Shown one piece after another: positions 45,651 to 55,376 of a DNA stretch of 64,000 bases. The notes beneath the pieces were generated by a model. The model saw only the letters and a list, made by a program, of their open reading frames with translations. It did no database searches and was not told the DNA's origin. Position numbers and translations under genes: made by a program. The stretch lies in the IMG/VR virus record IMGVR_UViG_2061766007_000180. One strand, given 5' to 3'. The stretch is from an uncultured virus (IMG/VR IMGVR_UViG_2061766007_000180). Its lineage: Duplodnaviria > Heunggongvirae > Uroviricota > Caudoviricetes. Each line of letters opens with the position of its first letter. Positions within the stretch are counted from its first letter, which is position 1.

Positions 45651-45665
45651 CAGTTTTCAAAGATC
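45651..45665 (-). promoter_or_regulatory. rrn-type boxA antitermination signal
   Basis: GATCTTTGAAAACTG about 20 nt downstream of the -10 box. Confidence 0.65.
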
Positions 45666-45686
45666 TTGTTTCCTGCCAACGCCTAT

Positions 45687-45715
45687 AGTGTACAACTTTC
45701 ACCGTCGGCAGTCAA
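45687..45715 (-). promoter_or_regulatory. sigma70-type promoter of the RNA operon
   Basis: TTGACT-17 bp-TACACT. Confidence 0.75.
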
Positions 45716-45733
45716 GCAAAAAGCGCAACTTAT

Positions 45734-46231
45734 TTACACCGGACCATCTCCGGAAATTCCAGGCCCGGAAATTCCTGGCCCTCTCGCCTTTCCGGGAATC
45801 TTCGCCACGACCCACTTTCCGGGATTTGCCCTCATGTGCCCGAGCCCTACCGGAAAAGGTCTCTTCCGGTCCCTCTCCTCCCGGAGGAAGTTTCTCGGAT
45901 CCTGCCTGTTCCGGAGCTTCCTCTCGAGCCATCTCTCCGCATCCAGGTTCGTCCAGGCCCTCGTGGAATAGAACACCGAAAGGTCGTACGGGATTCCGAA
46001 GTTCCTGAGGACAAATTTCTCGGCAGGCTCCCTTTCCGGCAGGCCCTTCAGGAACCTCCTCCACCCGGTCTCGGTGTCGAACCTTCCCGCACAGAGGAGA
46101 AAGCTCCTGGCCCTGTCCTCCGGATCGCTCCTCCGGAGATACATCAGAAGGTACCATCCTTCCCGGGATCCGATCGAGGCTGTCCTTATGAGCTCGGCGT
46201 CTCCGGGAAGGCGGTTCCCGGAAATCGTCAC
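45734..46231 (-). CDS. Hypothetical protein
   Basis: GTG start inferred from coupling to upstream stop. Confidence 0.5.
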   Translation of the reverse strand: MTISGNRLPGDAELIRTASIGSREGWYLLMYLRRSDPEDRARSFLLCAGRFDTETGWRRFLKGLPEREPAEKFVLRNFGIPYDLSVFYSTRAWTNLDAERWLERKLRNRQDPRNFLREERDRKRPFPVGLGHMRANPGKWVVAKIPGKARGPGISGPGISGDGPV

Positions 46232-46881
46232 CGGGAACCCTTCCTTCCGGACCGGGCTTTCCGGACCGGCTTGCCGTCGGATATCTTCCTGGTGTCGGCT
46301 CCGGCCTTCTCCTTCGCCTTCTTCTGGGCGGCCTTCTCGGCGGCGCGCTTTCTCGTGGCGGGAGTCTGGTCGTACGCCCTTTCGATGATGCGCTTCAGCT
46401 CCATCATGTATCCGGCGGAGCTGTAGTTTCCGCGGTCGTCCGGAGTTCCGTAGAGACGCTTCACGATCGCGAACGCGAGACCTGCCTCCTTCGAGAACGT
46501 GTCGTCCTTCGAGGCCCTCACCATGGAGGTCGTCCCGTCCTCGAACCACACCTTCGTGACCGGCTCGTTGAAGACCACGCGGCTGATCTTCGGAAATGCG
46601 GTCCTGGTTTCGACCGTGTAGGTGGAGCCGTCCGGACTTGCGGGAAGGTCCCCGAAGGGCTCCTCCATGTCGACGTCATCCCCAGGATCGTCCTCCCTGA
46701 TCTCCTCCGCGGAATCGTAGAGCTCGCGGATCCTGTCGCGGAGCTTCCGGACGGCATCGCCCTCGTGCAGGTTCTGGCGGACGGTGCGTGTCCCGAGCCG
46801 TTCGGTCGCTTCCGGAAAATGCTCTCCGAAGAGCATAATGTCAAACAGGGGGGCAAACGGGTTCTGTATGGTGTTGTACAT
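46228..46881 (-). CDS. Conserved phage hypothetical protein
   Basis: RVVFNEPVTKVWFEDGT...D.FSKEAGLAFAI pattern. Confidence 0.75.
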   Translation of the reverse strand: MYNTIQNPFAPLFDIMLFGEHFPEATERLGTRTVRQNLHEGDAVRKLRDRIRELYDSAEEIREDDPGDDVDMEEPFGDLPASPDGSTYTVETRTAFPKISRVVFNEPVTKVWFEDGTTSMVRASKDDTFSKEAGLAFAIVKRLYGTPDDRGNYSSAGYMMELKRIIERAYDQTPATRKRAAEKAAQKKAKEKAGADTRKISDGKPVRKARSGRKGSR

Positions 46882-46914
46882 TTCTTTTCTTCCTTCTGGA
46901 ATATTGTACGGTTC

Positions 46915-47115
46915 TCAGTCGTCATCGTCGTCGAAGATGTCGCCGTCGCCGTCATCCTCTTCCTCGTCATCGTCGTACTCGTTGATCTTCTTGTCGATCC
47001 CGAGGGTGTCCGCGATGTCCTGCAGCGCGTCGTACGGATCGTCGAAGTCCTTGTCGAACTGGTCGATGATCCGCTTGATGTCCTCGAGGGGAGTGTCTTC
47101 TGGCTTTGCCTTCAT
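46915..47115 (-). CDS. Small acidic protein
   Basis: Own promoter and AAGGA RBS. Confidence 0.65.
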   Translation of the reverse strand: MKAKPEDTPLEDIKRIIDQFDKDFDDPYDALQDIADTLGIDKKINEYDDDEEEDDGDGDIFDDDDD

Positions 47116-47182
47116 TTGGTTTTCCTTGTTGATTGATGGTGTGCAGTCTATCAGGAATTTCCGGTTCCGTCAACCGGAGATG

Positions 47183-47527
47183 TCATGTGTTCTTCAGGTC
47201 GAAGATGGTGTCCCCGAGGGCGTTGAGCGCACGGTTCTGATCGGGGGTGTATCCGAAGTCTCCGGCCGAGAACACGAAGTCGCAGGCTCCGCAGAGCATC
47301 GCGAGCTTGAGGTCGGAGATAACGGGATCGTATTGGGCCTTGATGCGTTCTATGGCGAGGAAGTGGGCGATCGGAACCTTCTTCTCCATGACCTTTCCGG
47401 CAAGGTCCTCTCCGTCGTCGAACGCGTTCTTGACATTCCCGAGGGCATCCACGATCCTGGCCTTGAGCATCGGATCGATCGCCATTGTCGTCTTCCTGTA
47501 TTTCTCTATGAATTGTCTTTCCTTCAT
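47183..47527 (-). CDS. Hypothetical protein
   Basis: Own promoter and RBS. Confidence 0.7.
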   Translation of the reverse strand: MKERQFIEKYRKTTMAIDPMLKARIVDALGNVKNAFDDGEDLAGKVMEKKVPIAHFLAIERIKAQYDPVISDLKLAMLCGACDFVFSAGDFGYTPDQNRALNALGDTIFDLKNT

Positions 47528-47605
47528 TTGGTTTCCTTGTTGTTTGATGGTCGGTAGTGTATCAGAAATCCTTGGTCCCGTCAACCGAAAATCCTTGGCC
47601 CTCCG

Positions 47606-47797
47606 TCAGGCCTTCTCGTAGTGCGTCGACCTTATCGTCGTCCACTTCATCCGGGCGAACCGTTCCTCGGAATCGTTTCGGGAGATGTCGAGGATAAAGC
47701 TCTCGACTTCCTTCTTCGTCCTGAACGACCCCACGTAGTTTCCCTTCGAGTAGAGATCGTACATGGGAACGCCTCTCATGATCCTGCTGGGTTTCAT
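47606..47797 (-). CDS. Hypothetical protein
   Basis: 63-aa ORF. Confidence 0.5.
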   Translation of the reverse strand: MKPSRIMRGVPMYDLYSKGNYVGSFRTKKEVESFILDISRNDSEERFARMKWTTIRSTHYEKA

Positions 47798-48001
47798 GAT
47801 GAGAGTGTACGGAAAATTCCTGGCCCCCGGTCACTTTCCGGAAGAATTTTCCAGAAGCCTCTCCATCGCCTCGGTCTCCCGGAGGATCTCTTCCCGGAAC
47901 TCTTCCTCGAGACCTTCGCTCGATCTCACGTCCGAGGAGATTCTCCGGAGCGAGTTGAGGAGGCAGACAAGGTCGCCGGGTTGCATCGGGAGACCTCCAT
48001 T

Positions 48002-48259
48002 TCAGCAGTCCCTCCGGAAGATCCTCCAGTCGGAAATCCTCAACGCGGCCCATGCGAGGGCGTACACGAGGGCGGCTCCGGCGAAGATCCCGAGGACGAG
48101 CATGGCCGGAAAGGTCACCGGAAGGGTCATCAGGATCCACGAGAGGAAGCTCCATTCCTCCATCGGAACGCTTCCGCACACCGCCCTCGACGCTATGATC
48201 GTCGCGGAAAGGATCGGTCCCCAGATGCCGCAACCTATGGAAATGCTCTTTCTGTCCAT
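48002..48259 (-). CDS. Two-TM membrane protein
   Basis: Hydrophobic 85-aa ORF, GAGG RBS. Confidence 0.6.
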   Translation of the reverse strand: MDRKSISIGCGIWGPILSATIIASRAVCGSVPMEEWSFLSWILMTLPVTFPAMLVLGIFAGAALVYALAWAALRISDWRIFRRDC

Positions 48260-48277
48260 GCTCTGCCTCTCGGGTAC

Positions 48278-48640
48278 TTACAGGGCGCGAACGAACTCCC
48301 AGATGTCCGTCAGGTTGTCCTTCCCGACGATCCTCACCGCCCGGAATATCGTGTCGGTGAGCCACTTGATGAACTCGTCGGTGTAGCCATTCGTCTCGTA
48401 TCCTTCGGGACGGGGAAGGTCATCTTCGCAGGGAGGGTAGGGAGTTCCCGGAATCCCCCAGTAGACGCAGGACTTTCCGGTCTTCTCCTCGTATTTCTCC
48501 TCGATCCCGTCCGGAGGCGTCAGATCCCAGTCTTCGGCCCACGCGAAGGCATCCTCGCAGAGGACGTGCTCGCTCTCGGTGAGTTCGTGCCCGAACCAGT
48601 TGACGAAGAGTTCGGATTGCTTGAGGCTGTCGCAATTCAT
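48278..48640 (-). CDS. Hypothetical protein
   Basis: AAAGGA RBS. Confidence 0.7.
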   Translation of the reverse strand: MNCDSLKQSELFVNWFGHELTESEHVLCEDAFAWAEDWDLTPPDGIEEKYEEKTGKSCVYWGIPGTPYPPCEDDLPRPEGYETNGYTDEFIKWLTDTIFRAVRIVGKDNLTDIWEFVRAL

Positions 48641-48653
48641 TTTATGTTTCCTT

Positions 48654-48902
48654 TCAGCGGGAAAATCCAAGATAGAACCAGAACTTGTTTGAGGGCGTCT
48701 TTCCGTAGTCGGAGGCGATCTTCCGGACGAGCCATTCTCTGGCGGGCTTCGGGTCGATGACCAGATGTCCGTCCCTTCCCTTGGAGAGGATTCTTTCCGA
48801 GAGAGCCTCGTTCTCCACGAGTTCGTAGTGGACGCTTTCCGGAAGGGATGACTTGTTCTTTCCCCTCCACTTGAGGTCTCCTGTGGTGATGTTCAGTTTC
48901 AT
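48654..48902 (-). CDS. Hypothetical protein
   Basis: Cassette promoter and RBS. Confidence 0.65.
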   Translation of the reverse strand: MKLNITTGDLKWRGKNKSSLPESVHYELVENEALSERILSKGRDGHLVIDPKPAREWLVRKIASDYGKTPSNKFWFYLGFSR

Positions 48903-48968
48903 TTCTTTTCCTTTCTTCGTTCGAGATGTCCAAAGTATAGCAGATCTTTCCGGAGATGTCAACCGAAA

Positions 48969-49439
48969 TCATGCCGATTTCAGGAATCCCTTATGGTTCT
49001 CCCACTCGTTCGAGTCTGCGATCTCCTTCGTCATCGGGAAGAGGCGACGGTTTGGATCGCAGGTGTCGCAGACGAACCATTCTCCGTCCTTGAAGAGGTA
49101 GAGGAACTCGATATTCCAGTTCGGATGAAGGAACGCTTCGAGGGTGTCGATGACCGGACGAGAGTCTTTCCATGCACATCCGCCGTCCCGGTGATACACG
49201 ACCGTGACGTTCTCCTGATGCTTGTCGAGATCGTGCACGCCACCATCGGGATCTTGGGCGATCTCCTTGTCTAGAAAGCAGATGCTCCCTAGTCCTACGA
49301 GATTCCTCGCCTTTTTCGGGGAATTGTAGTTCTCCATGAGAATCCTTCCGTTCCACGATGGATAGCCGTCCCAGTGGCAAAAGACGTGTTTCACTTTCCC
49401 GCTCGGGAGAACATAGCCGATTCTTGAACGTGTGCTCAT
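48969..49439 (-). CDS. Conserved phage early protein (MSTRSRIG...CHWDGYP type)
   Basis: Recognisable family pattern; cassette promoter. Confidence 0.8.
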   Translation of the reverse strand: MSTRSRIGYVLPSGKVKHVFCHWDGYPSWNGRILMENYNSPKKARNLVGLGSICFLDKEIAQDPDGGVHDLDKHQENVTVVYHRDGGCAWKDSRPVIDTLEAFLHPNWNIEFLYLFKDGEWFVCDTCDPNRRLFPMTKEIADSNEWENHKGFLKSA

Positions 49440-49550
49440 TTGTGTTTTCCTTTCTTGGTTTCGTTTATGCCTAGAGTATACCATCTTCATTCCCGGATGT
49501 CAAGCAAATCCGGTAATTAAACCCAAACTACAATCTACAGGAAACTTCCA

Positions 49551-50288
49551 ATGGTAATACAGCTCTACAGCGAAAAGGCTCCCGCCGACAAGGAGCAGAT
49601 CGGACTTATCCAGAATCTCGTGGCCAGAGGTCTCGTCGAGGGACAGTTCACCCCCCAGAACGTCAAGATGAGCTTCGTCAAGACGGATCAGGTCGGAGAG
49701 AAGTTCAAGAACGCGGTCAAGAAGGCGAAGAACGCCCAGTATCTCGACGACGCCGAAATGGTTCTCGTGTTCCAGTCTCCGAAGACGGCTCCCGCTCCGG
49801 AACAGGACGACGGCGAGGAGAATCCAGCTCCGGAAGAAGCTCCCGAGAAGGAAGCTCCGGCGGAAGAAGCTCCGGAAGAGACCGTTTCCGAATCCGTGAA
49901 GGTTCAGGACCTCTCGAAGTCTGTCGGCCTGAAGACGGTCGGATCCAAGTCCTGCTCCTGCGGAAAGAAGACCTGCTGCTGCGGAACGAAGAAGACCGTG
50001 AAGGAGGAAGAGGCACCGAAGAAACCCGCCAAGAAGGATCCTCCGAAGAAGGTCAAGTCCAAGAAGGATCTCGAGAAGCCCGCCAAGAAGGATCCTCCGA
50101 AGAAGGAGGACGAGGTCGTCGACGAAGCCGAGATGACCGCCACCGGAGACGAACTCAAGGCCAAGGTCGCGGAGGGGATCAAGCGCGTGCTCTATCTTCC
50201 GGACGAGGAAGAGGTCGAGATGATCACGCTCGAGGATTTCCGGAACGGCTACGACACGTTCTTCGCGAAGCTGTCGTTCAAGGAGTGA
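49551..50288 (+). CDS. Charged low-complexity protein with internal repeats
   Basis: EAP(E/A)E repeats, KPAKKDPPKK x2; GGTAATTA upstream. Confidence 0.7.
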   Translation: MVIQLYSEKAPADKEQIGLIQNLVARGLVEGQFTPQNVKMSFVKTDQVGEKFKNAVKKAKNAQYLDDAEMVLVFQSPKTAPAPEQDDGEENPAPEEAPEKEAPAEEAPEETVSESVKVQDLSKSVGLKTVGSKSCSCGKKTCCCGTKKTVKEEEAPKKPAKKDPPKKVKSKKDLEKPAKKDPPKKEDEVVDEAEMTATGDELKAKVAEGIKRVLYLPDEEEVEMITLEDFRNGYDTFFAKLSFKE

Positions 50289-50301
50289 GGTTTTCGGAAA
50301 A

Positions 50302-50841
50302 ATGTTCTTCGTCGAAAAGAACATGAACCCGTGGGGAAAGATGATCGGAGACTGCGCTATCCGCGCAGTCTCCTCCGCAATCGCCATGAAATATCCCGCG
50401 GTGTGCAGCCTCTTCGGAAGGAAATGCAGCCCTGGCCACGGGCTTGTGGGTCCGGAGGGAATCACCCTCGGAAGGATCAAGGCGAGACTAGACAGGTTCT
50501 TCGACCGGGTCGAGGACGCTTCCGACTTCAGCTGGAAGAACAGACCCGAGGAGTTCAAGGACATGGAACCGGATCCGGAAATAGACTCCGATCCGGATCT
50601 CGGCCTGACCCTCGACGAGTTCTGCGAGCTGTACGGAAATACCGGAAGGTTTCTCGTCAGCCTGACATATCCGGAAAGCAGATCCGGACATATCATCTAC
50701 GCGAACCTCTCTCCCGGAAAGAACTACTATTTCGACACGAAGCCGTGCGGAGACATGAAGGTGGACGCGTACATGAGGGTCAAGGCGATCCTCGATCCGA
50801 AAAATCCCCAGAGCCTCTTCTACGGAAGAAAGCGATCCTGA
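50302..50841 (+). CDS. Conserved phage protein (NP.G...GDC.IRA type, Cys/His/Asp peptidase-like)
   Basis: NPWGKMIGDCAIRAVS; GH; YFDT. Confidence 0.75.
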   Translation: MFFVEKNMNPWGKMIGDCAIRAVSSAIAMKYPAVCSLFGRKCSPGHGLVGPEGITLGRIKARLDRFFDRVEDASDFSWKNRPEEFKDMEPDPEIDSDPDLGLTLDEFCELYGNTGRFLVSLTYPESRSGHIIYANLSPGKNYYFDTKPCGDMKVDAYMRVKAILDPKNPQSLFYGRKRS

Positions 50842-50883
50842 TTCCACATAACGAAAAATAGAGGCCCCCACGGACCTCTTTTT

Positions 50884-51159
50884 CTACATTGTGATATCGT
50901 CCGGAATTTCCAGCCGCTCGAGGATCTCCATCTTTCCGGGATCTCTTTCCGCGACGGCTCTCCGGTATGACTCCAGAGAGACAGCCGCATTCAGGGTCCG
51001 GTTCCAGAAGACCGTTTCGTATTTCCCGACGGTTCTTTCCGGATTCAGCTCGTCCCTGACCTTTTGGAATTTCGTTGGCCCCACCATCCAGTCCCGGTGG
51101 CAGCCTTTTCGGGTGAAGTTCTTCAGGGGGAACCACGAAGTGTCGAACCTTGACATCAA
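50884..51159 (-). CDS. Hypothetical protein
   Basis: Coupled ORF with GGAGGA RBS. Confidence 0.6.
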   Translation of the reverse strand: MMSRFDTSWFPLKNFTRKGCHRDWMVGPTKFQKVRDELNPERTVGKYETVFWNRTLNAAVSLESYRRAVAERDPGKMEILERLEIPDDITM

Positions 51160-51599
51160 TAGTCCTCCTCGTCTCCCAGAAGCACGTCGATCTTGAACAG
51201 GAGACTCTCGGCGCTGAACGACGTATTGTTGTCATACCTGTTCAGAAGATCTTTCAGATCGTGTCCCATGTCGGTTTTTCCGGAACTCTCGGCGATCGTC
51301 CGCAAGTCCTCGACGAGATCCGAGATTCCGTATGTGGAATCCGTATCGTAGTACCGGTTGAGATCTTCCCTGATGCGTGTCTTGATCTCCATCTCGTCGT
51401 TTCCCGTAGAACACACGAAATCGTCCGGGGAGAACTCTACGTCTCCGTACCAGTCTTCCAGATCCTCGTCGCTCACGAGATCGTCCGCGTCGGCAAGTTC
51501 GTCCCACGAGGGAGACTCTCCTTGGGCATCCATCCTCTGGGTGAGGATGTTCTGCTTCAGTTCGATCTTCTGGTCTTCTGTCAGGTCTTTCAGCGTCAT
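51156..51599 (-). CDS. Hypothetical protein
   Basis: Cassette promoter and RBS. Confidence 0.75.
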   Translation of the reverse strand: MTLKDLTEDQKIELKQNILTQRMDAQGESPSWDELADADDLVSDEDLEDWYGDVEFSPDDFVCSTGNDEMEIKTRIREDLNRYYDTDSTYGISDLVEDLRTIAESSGKTDMGHDLKDLLNRYDNNTSFSAESLLFKIDVLLGDEEDY

Positions 51600-51657
51600 T
51601 TTCGTTTTCCTTTCCTGTTTCGTCATGTCGCCACTGTACCGGAAATCCTTGGCCCTG

Positions 51658-51951
51658 TCAACCGATCATGCACTCGTCGATCAGGTACTCGTCCTCTCCG
51701 CACTTCAGGTAGAACTGATCCTCGCAGGACTTCCTCTCGTCCTCTCCGAACAGATGATCCTCGCATCCGGAGTGCTCGATCTTGATGTTCCAGTCGGACT
51801 CGATCTCCTTCATCATGGCCTTCCACGAGTGCCAGACGGAGGTGCAGGTGAGGCCGTCCGGACACTTGATGACCAGCGCCCAGACGTACTGGCCCTTCTT
51901 TGCGTACTTGGGAGACTTCTTGGGCTTGCCCACGTTTTCCAGATCTTTCAT
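51658..51951 (-). CDS. Hypothetical protein
   Basis: Cassette; stop codon lies inside next -35 box. Confidence 0.7.
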   Translation of the reverse strand: MKDLENVGKPKKSPKYAKKGQYVWALVIKCPDGLTCTSVWHSWKAMMKEIESDWNIKIEHSGCEDHLFGEDERKSCEDQFYLKCGEDEYLIDECMIG

Positions 51952-52018
51952 TCTCGTTTTCCTTTCTCGTTCGTTATGGCATCATTGTACCAAAAAATCC
52001 TGGCCCTGTCAACCGAAA

Positions 52019-52863
52019 TCACCAGCTTGCCTCGTAGAATACGGTCTCTTCGTCAGAGAGGCTTGCCAAGAGGTCATTGAACATTTCGAGGGCTTCCTCG
52101 ATGTTGCGCTTGTAGTAGTCGTCAATCTCGGTAGACCCGAAGAAGAATCCGCCAACAGGCTTGACGGGGAGTTTGGTCGGGTCAAACCCACGCTTGGCCT
52201 TGAGCATCCTCGCGGTCTTCCTCAGGGCGGAGACAATCTTCGCCACTCCGGCCTTCCCGATTTCGATGGTCTGGCACTCGTCCACACCGNNNNNNNNNNT
52301 GGGGAGTTTGGTCGGGTCAAACCCATGCTTGGCCTTGAGCATCCTCGCGGTCTTCCTCAGAGCGGAGACAATTCTCGCCACTCCGGCCTTCCCGATTTCG
52401 ATGGTCTGGCACTCGTCCACACCGTTCGCGAAGGTGTCAACGATGAAGCCGTGAAGCGCGTTGAACTTTCGCCAGTAGAAGATCTCCCCTGATTCCACGA
52501 TGGCTGGCTTGCCATCTTCAAGAACCTTCTGTTCCTTCAGAAAGTTGGCGTAGTCCGTCTTCTGGCTTTTGGTGAGGCGACTCTCGNNNNNNNNNNTTTG
52601 CGCCAGTAGAAAATCTCCTGTGATTCCACGATGGCTGGCTTGCCATCTTCAAGAACCTTGTGTTCCCTCAGAAAGTTGGCGTAGTCCGTCTTCTGGCTTT
52701 TGGTGAGGCGACTCTCGTCGATCTCCCACCCGTTGTCCTTTAGGGGGAGACCGTCAAGGATGTCGTTCCATTTCTTATAGAAAGCATTTTCCTTCGCGTA
52801 GAAGGTCTTCCTGTCCGCGAAGTCCTTCTTCGTGGCCCTGTAGAGATACATATCGAGTCCCAT
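52019..52863 (-). CDS. Conserved phage protein (MGLDMYL...YWRK.N..H...Y.ASW type), broken by assembly gaps and duplications
   Basis: Family motifs distributed across two N gaps with duplicated segments. Confidence 0.7.
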
Positions 52864-52924
52864 TTTTCTTCTCCTGTTGTTTTGTTTCGTTATGATCGGA
52901 TTATACCGGATTTCCGCTTCAAAG

Positions 52925-53212
52925 TCAACCGAAATCCGGAGTCATTTTTCCGAGAGACATCGCCTGTCCGAGCTTCTCTCCGGGATCGAACGTCCTCTCC
53001 ACGATGTCGAGACGCTCGCGGAGATAGTCTTCCCGGGTGTTGAAAAAACCCAGGGCCTCTTCCTTGGAACATCCATGGGGGAACTCCATCGTCAGGACGA
53101 GATCCAGCAGGAACCACCTGTTCCGGAGGTTTATGTCCGAGTACAGGCCCTCGTTCTTTTCCGGAGCCTCGTCGAGGATGTCCCGGATCGGAACGTCAAC
53201 CGTGATTTTCAT
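52925..53212 (-). CDS. Hypothetical protein
   Basis: Coupled ORF ending DFG-TGA in -35 box. Confidence 0.65.
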   Translation of the reverse strand: MKITVDVPIRDILDEAPEKNEGLYSDINLRNRWFLLDLVLTMEFPHGCSKEEALGFFNTREDYLRERLDIVERTFDPGEKLGQAMSLGKMTPDFG

Positions 53213-53739
53213 TGGCCCCCTCCCTCGAGGTTCAGTTCGTAGACCGTCCAGTCGAGGGTTTTCTCGGCGTGTCCGCATGACCACCACCGAAGACCGTCAG
53301 AATCCTTCCCGTCGGCCCAGATAAACGACTCGTTGTCCGAGGAGGGATCTTCCGCTTTCGCCTTGAGGAACTCCTGACGGATCCATTCTCGGGCCTCGTC
53401 CTCCGTCGCGTAGATCTTCTGGGGCTGCTCGTCCCAGTCCACGTTCGACATGGTGGCGTAGATCCTGCACCCGTGATCCTTCGGAAGATCGTTCCGGTAG
53501 CGGAAGACGAACACCCCGTAGGGACTGTTCTCGGAATACGCCCACCAGTTCATGTTGTACTCGTGGAGATCATTCTGGGTCTCGACCCCGGTGCTGAAGT
53601 CCGAGATTCCGAGGGACTTCTCGTAGAAGGACTTGATTCCCTCCATCCATTCCAGCGCGGACTTCTCGTCCCGGAACGCTTTCTGGATGTGCCTCTGGCC
53701 GTCTTCCTCGACCACCCCGATGTAGATCCAGTTGTCCAT
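53209..53739 (-). CDS. Hypothetical protein
   Basis: GGAGG RBS. Confidence 0.7.
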   Translation of the reverse strand: MDNWIYIGVVEEDGQRHIQKAFRDEKSALEWMEGIKSFYEKSLGISDFSTGVETQNDLHEYNMNWWAYSENSPYGVFVFRYRNDLPKDHGCRIYATMSNVDWDEQPQKIYATEDEAREWIRQEFLKAKAEDPSSDNESFIWADGKDSDGLRWWSCGHAEKTLDWTVYELNLEGGGQ

Positions 53740-53740
53740 T

Positions 53741-53971
53741 TCACTCGCCTCCGTAGATTTCGTTTGCCATTTCCTGTGTCCAGAAGACCGGAGCTTCTCC
53801 CGGAGTCTCCGCCCACTCCGGACGGATGAGGTCGAACTCCATCTTGGAGAGATCGGCATCTCCCATCATCTCGTTGTCCACCTTGGCCATCGCCTCGGCA
53901 GCGGTGTATGCCTCGACATCGTTGAACACGAGGGTTCCTTCGATGCGCATCTGTACCGTAAACTTCTTCAT
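53741..53971 (-). CDS. Hypothetical protein
   Basis: Cassette promoter and RBS. Confidence 0.7.
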   Translation of the reverse strand: MKKFTVQMRIEGTLVFNDVEAYTAAEAMAKVDNEMMGDADLSKMEFDLIRPEWAETPGEAPVFWTQEMANEIYGGE

Positions 53972-54027
53972 TTCGTTTCCTTTCTTCGTTCGTTGTGCCT
54001 AGATTATAGCAAACCGGATCGGGACTG

Positions 54028-54402
54028 TCAACCGAAAATTTCCGGTTTTTCCGCGACTTCGAGGACATAGATGTGCCGCGTTCCTTCCTTGTCCGTCCAT
54101 TCCAGTTCCCACTCTCCCCGGAGAGAATCGCATACGTCGGTATGCGCGTACTCCGCTCCGCTGGAGTTGAAGAGTACGGCCTCCGTCCAGAGGTCTCGAT
54201 CTTCCGGGGTGTCTGCGCAGATCTTGAGGTCGATCTCGAATCCGTCAGAAAACTTGACGGTCTTCCACCACACGCACTCGTACTTGCGGAATCCGTGCTC
54301 CTCGTAGTCCACGTCTCCGGAGAGGATCAGCGCCTCCCATTTGTCGAGTTCCTCCTTCGGGAGTTCGAGTTTCTTGCGGAGTGTCTTGACTTCGGTAACC
54401 AT
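54028..54402 (-). CDS. Hypothetical protein
   Basis: Cassette; ends EIFG-TGA in -35 box. Confidence 0.75.
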   Translation of the reverse strand: MVTEVKTLRKKLELPKEELDKWEALILSGDVDYEEHGFRKYECVWWKTVKFSDGFEIDLKICADTPEDRDLWTEAVLFNSSGAEYAHTDVCDSLRGEWELEWTDKEGTRHIYVLEVAEKPEIFG

Positions 54403-54644
54403 CGTTTTTCCTTTCTTCGTTCGTTATGGCAACAGTATACACGATCTTCGAGGGAAAGTCAACCGAAACTTTGCGGAAAGATTTCTCTCAAAAGTGGAAA
54501 TTTCGCTTGACTTTCTGGGAAAACGCGATATTTTTCCGAAAAAAGAAAGACCGCCAAGGGAGAAAGGAGAAGCCCTTGGTGGTCGAAAGAAGGGCCACGG
54601 AGGAGAAAGGAGTGGAAACCTCCGTGGCAAAATTGTTGGCCCAA

Positions 54645-55307
54645 TCAGATCGGCTTGAACTCTCCGGAGACCGGATCGTACTCGAGTTTGTCCACGGAAT
54701 CCACGGTCTCCGCAGAAGTCTGAATCTTCGGATCGTCCTCGTCGCACTCCTCACCCTCGTTGAAGGCGAAGTCCAAGACCTCATATCCCTCTGGCTGGGA
54801 ATCGACGATCTCGATCTCATCCCATATCCACGAACCGACTCTGGCCATCGCGTTGCCGCCGTAGTCTCCGCCGCCGCGCCCGTTGCCGATTGCGGTCAGA
54901 AGGGAGACCGGATAGATCGACCAGTTGTCTCCGTATGCGGTGATCCATCTGTCGAACGAGATGCAGGCCTTCTTCGTGTGGTTCACGAGGAACTTCCCCG
55001 TGTAGTCGAACTTGCAGGGGCTGAACCTGTGTGAATCGTCCACAGACTCTCCCCAGACCTTCTCGTAGGAGAGTTCCCCTCCGGTGGCCTTCGACACCTC
55101 GTTATCCTCGTCCGCGTAGTCTCCGACCCACGCCACTTTGGACGGATGGTTGTGGATTGCCTCGGATACCGCATCGCAGACCCGATTCCCGATGTGCGAG
55201 TGCTCCATGAGTTTCGCCCCCATGTAATCGCATCCCTCGACCTTGCGGTCGTTGACGATCAGGTTCTCGCCGTTGCGCTTCAGCGCGATCTTGTAATACT
55301 GGCCCAT
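54645..55307 (-). CDS. Conserved phage protein (MGQYY...KLMEHS...W.GDYAD...GNGRGGGDY type)
   Basis: Recognisable family motifs; cassette promoter. Confidence 0.8.
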   Translation of the reverse strand: MGQYYKIALKRNGENLIVNDRKVEGCDYMGAKLMEHSHIGNRVCDAVSEAIHNHPSKVAWVGDYADEDNEVSKATGGELSYEKVWGESVDDSHRFSPCKFDYTGKFLVNHTKKACISFDRWITAYGDNWSIYPVSLLTAIGNGRGGGDYGGNAMARVGSWIWDEIEIVDSQPEGYEVLDFAFNEGEECDEDDPKIQTSAETVDSVDKLEYDPVSGEFKPI

Positions 55308-55376
55308 TTTCTGTTTCCTTTCGTCTTTGTTGTTTTTCTTGTTGTGCCAACATGATACCAAAAACTTTGGCCCATG

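Noticed and set aside
52160..52720. Near-identical repeats in the MGLDMYL gene as DGR template/variable repeats
   Set aside because: Both repeats abut N gaps, differences are not adenine-specific and no reverse transcriptase is present.
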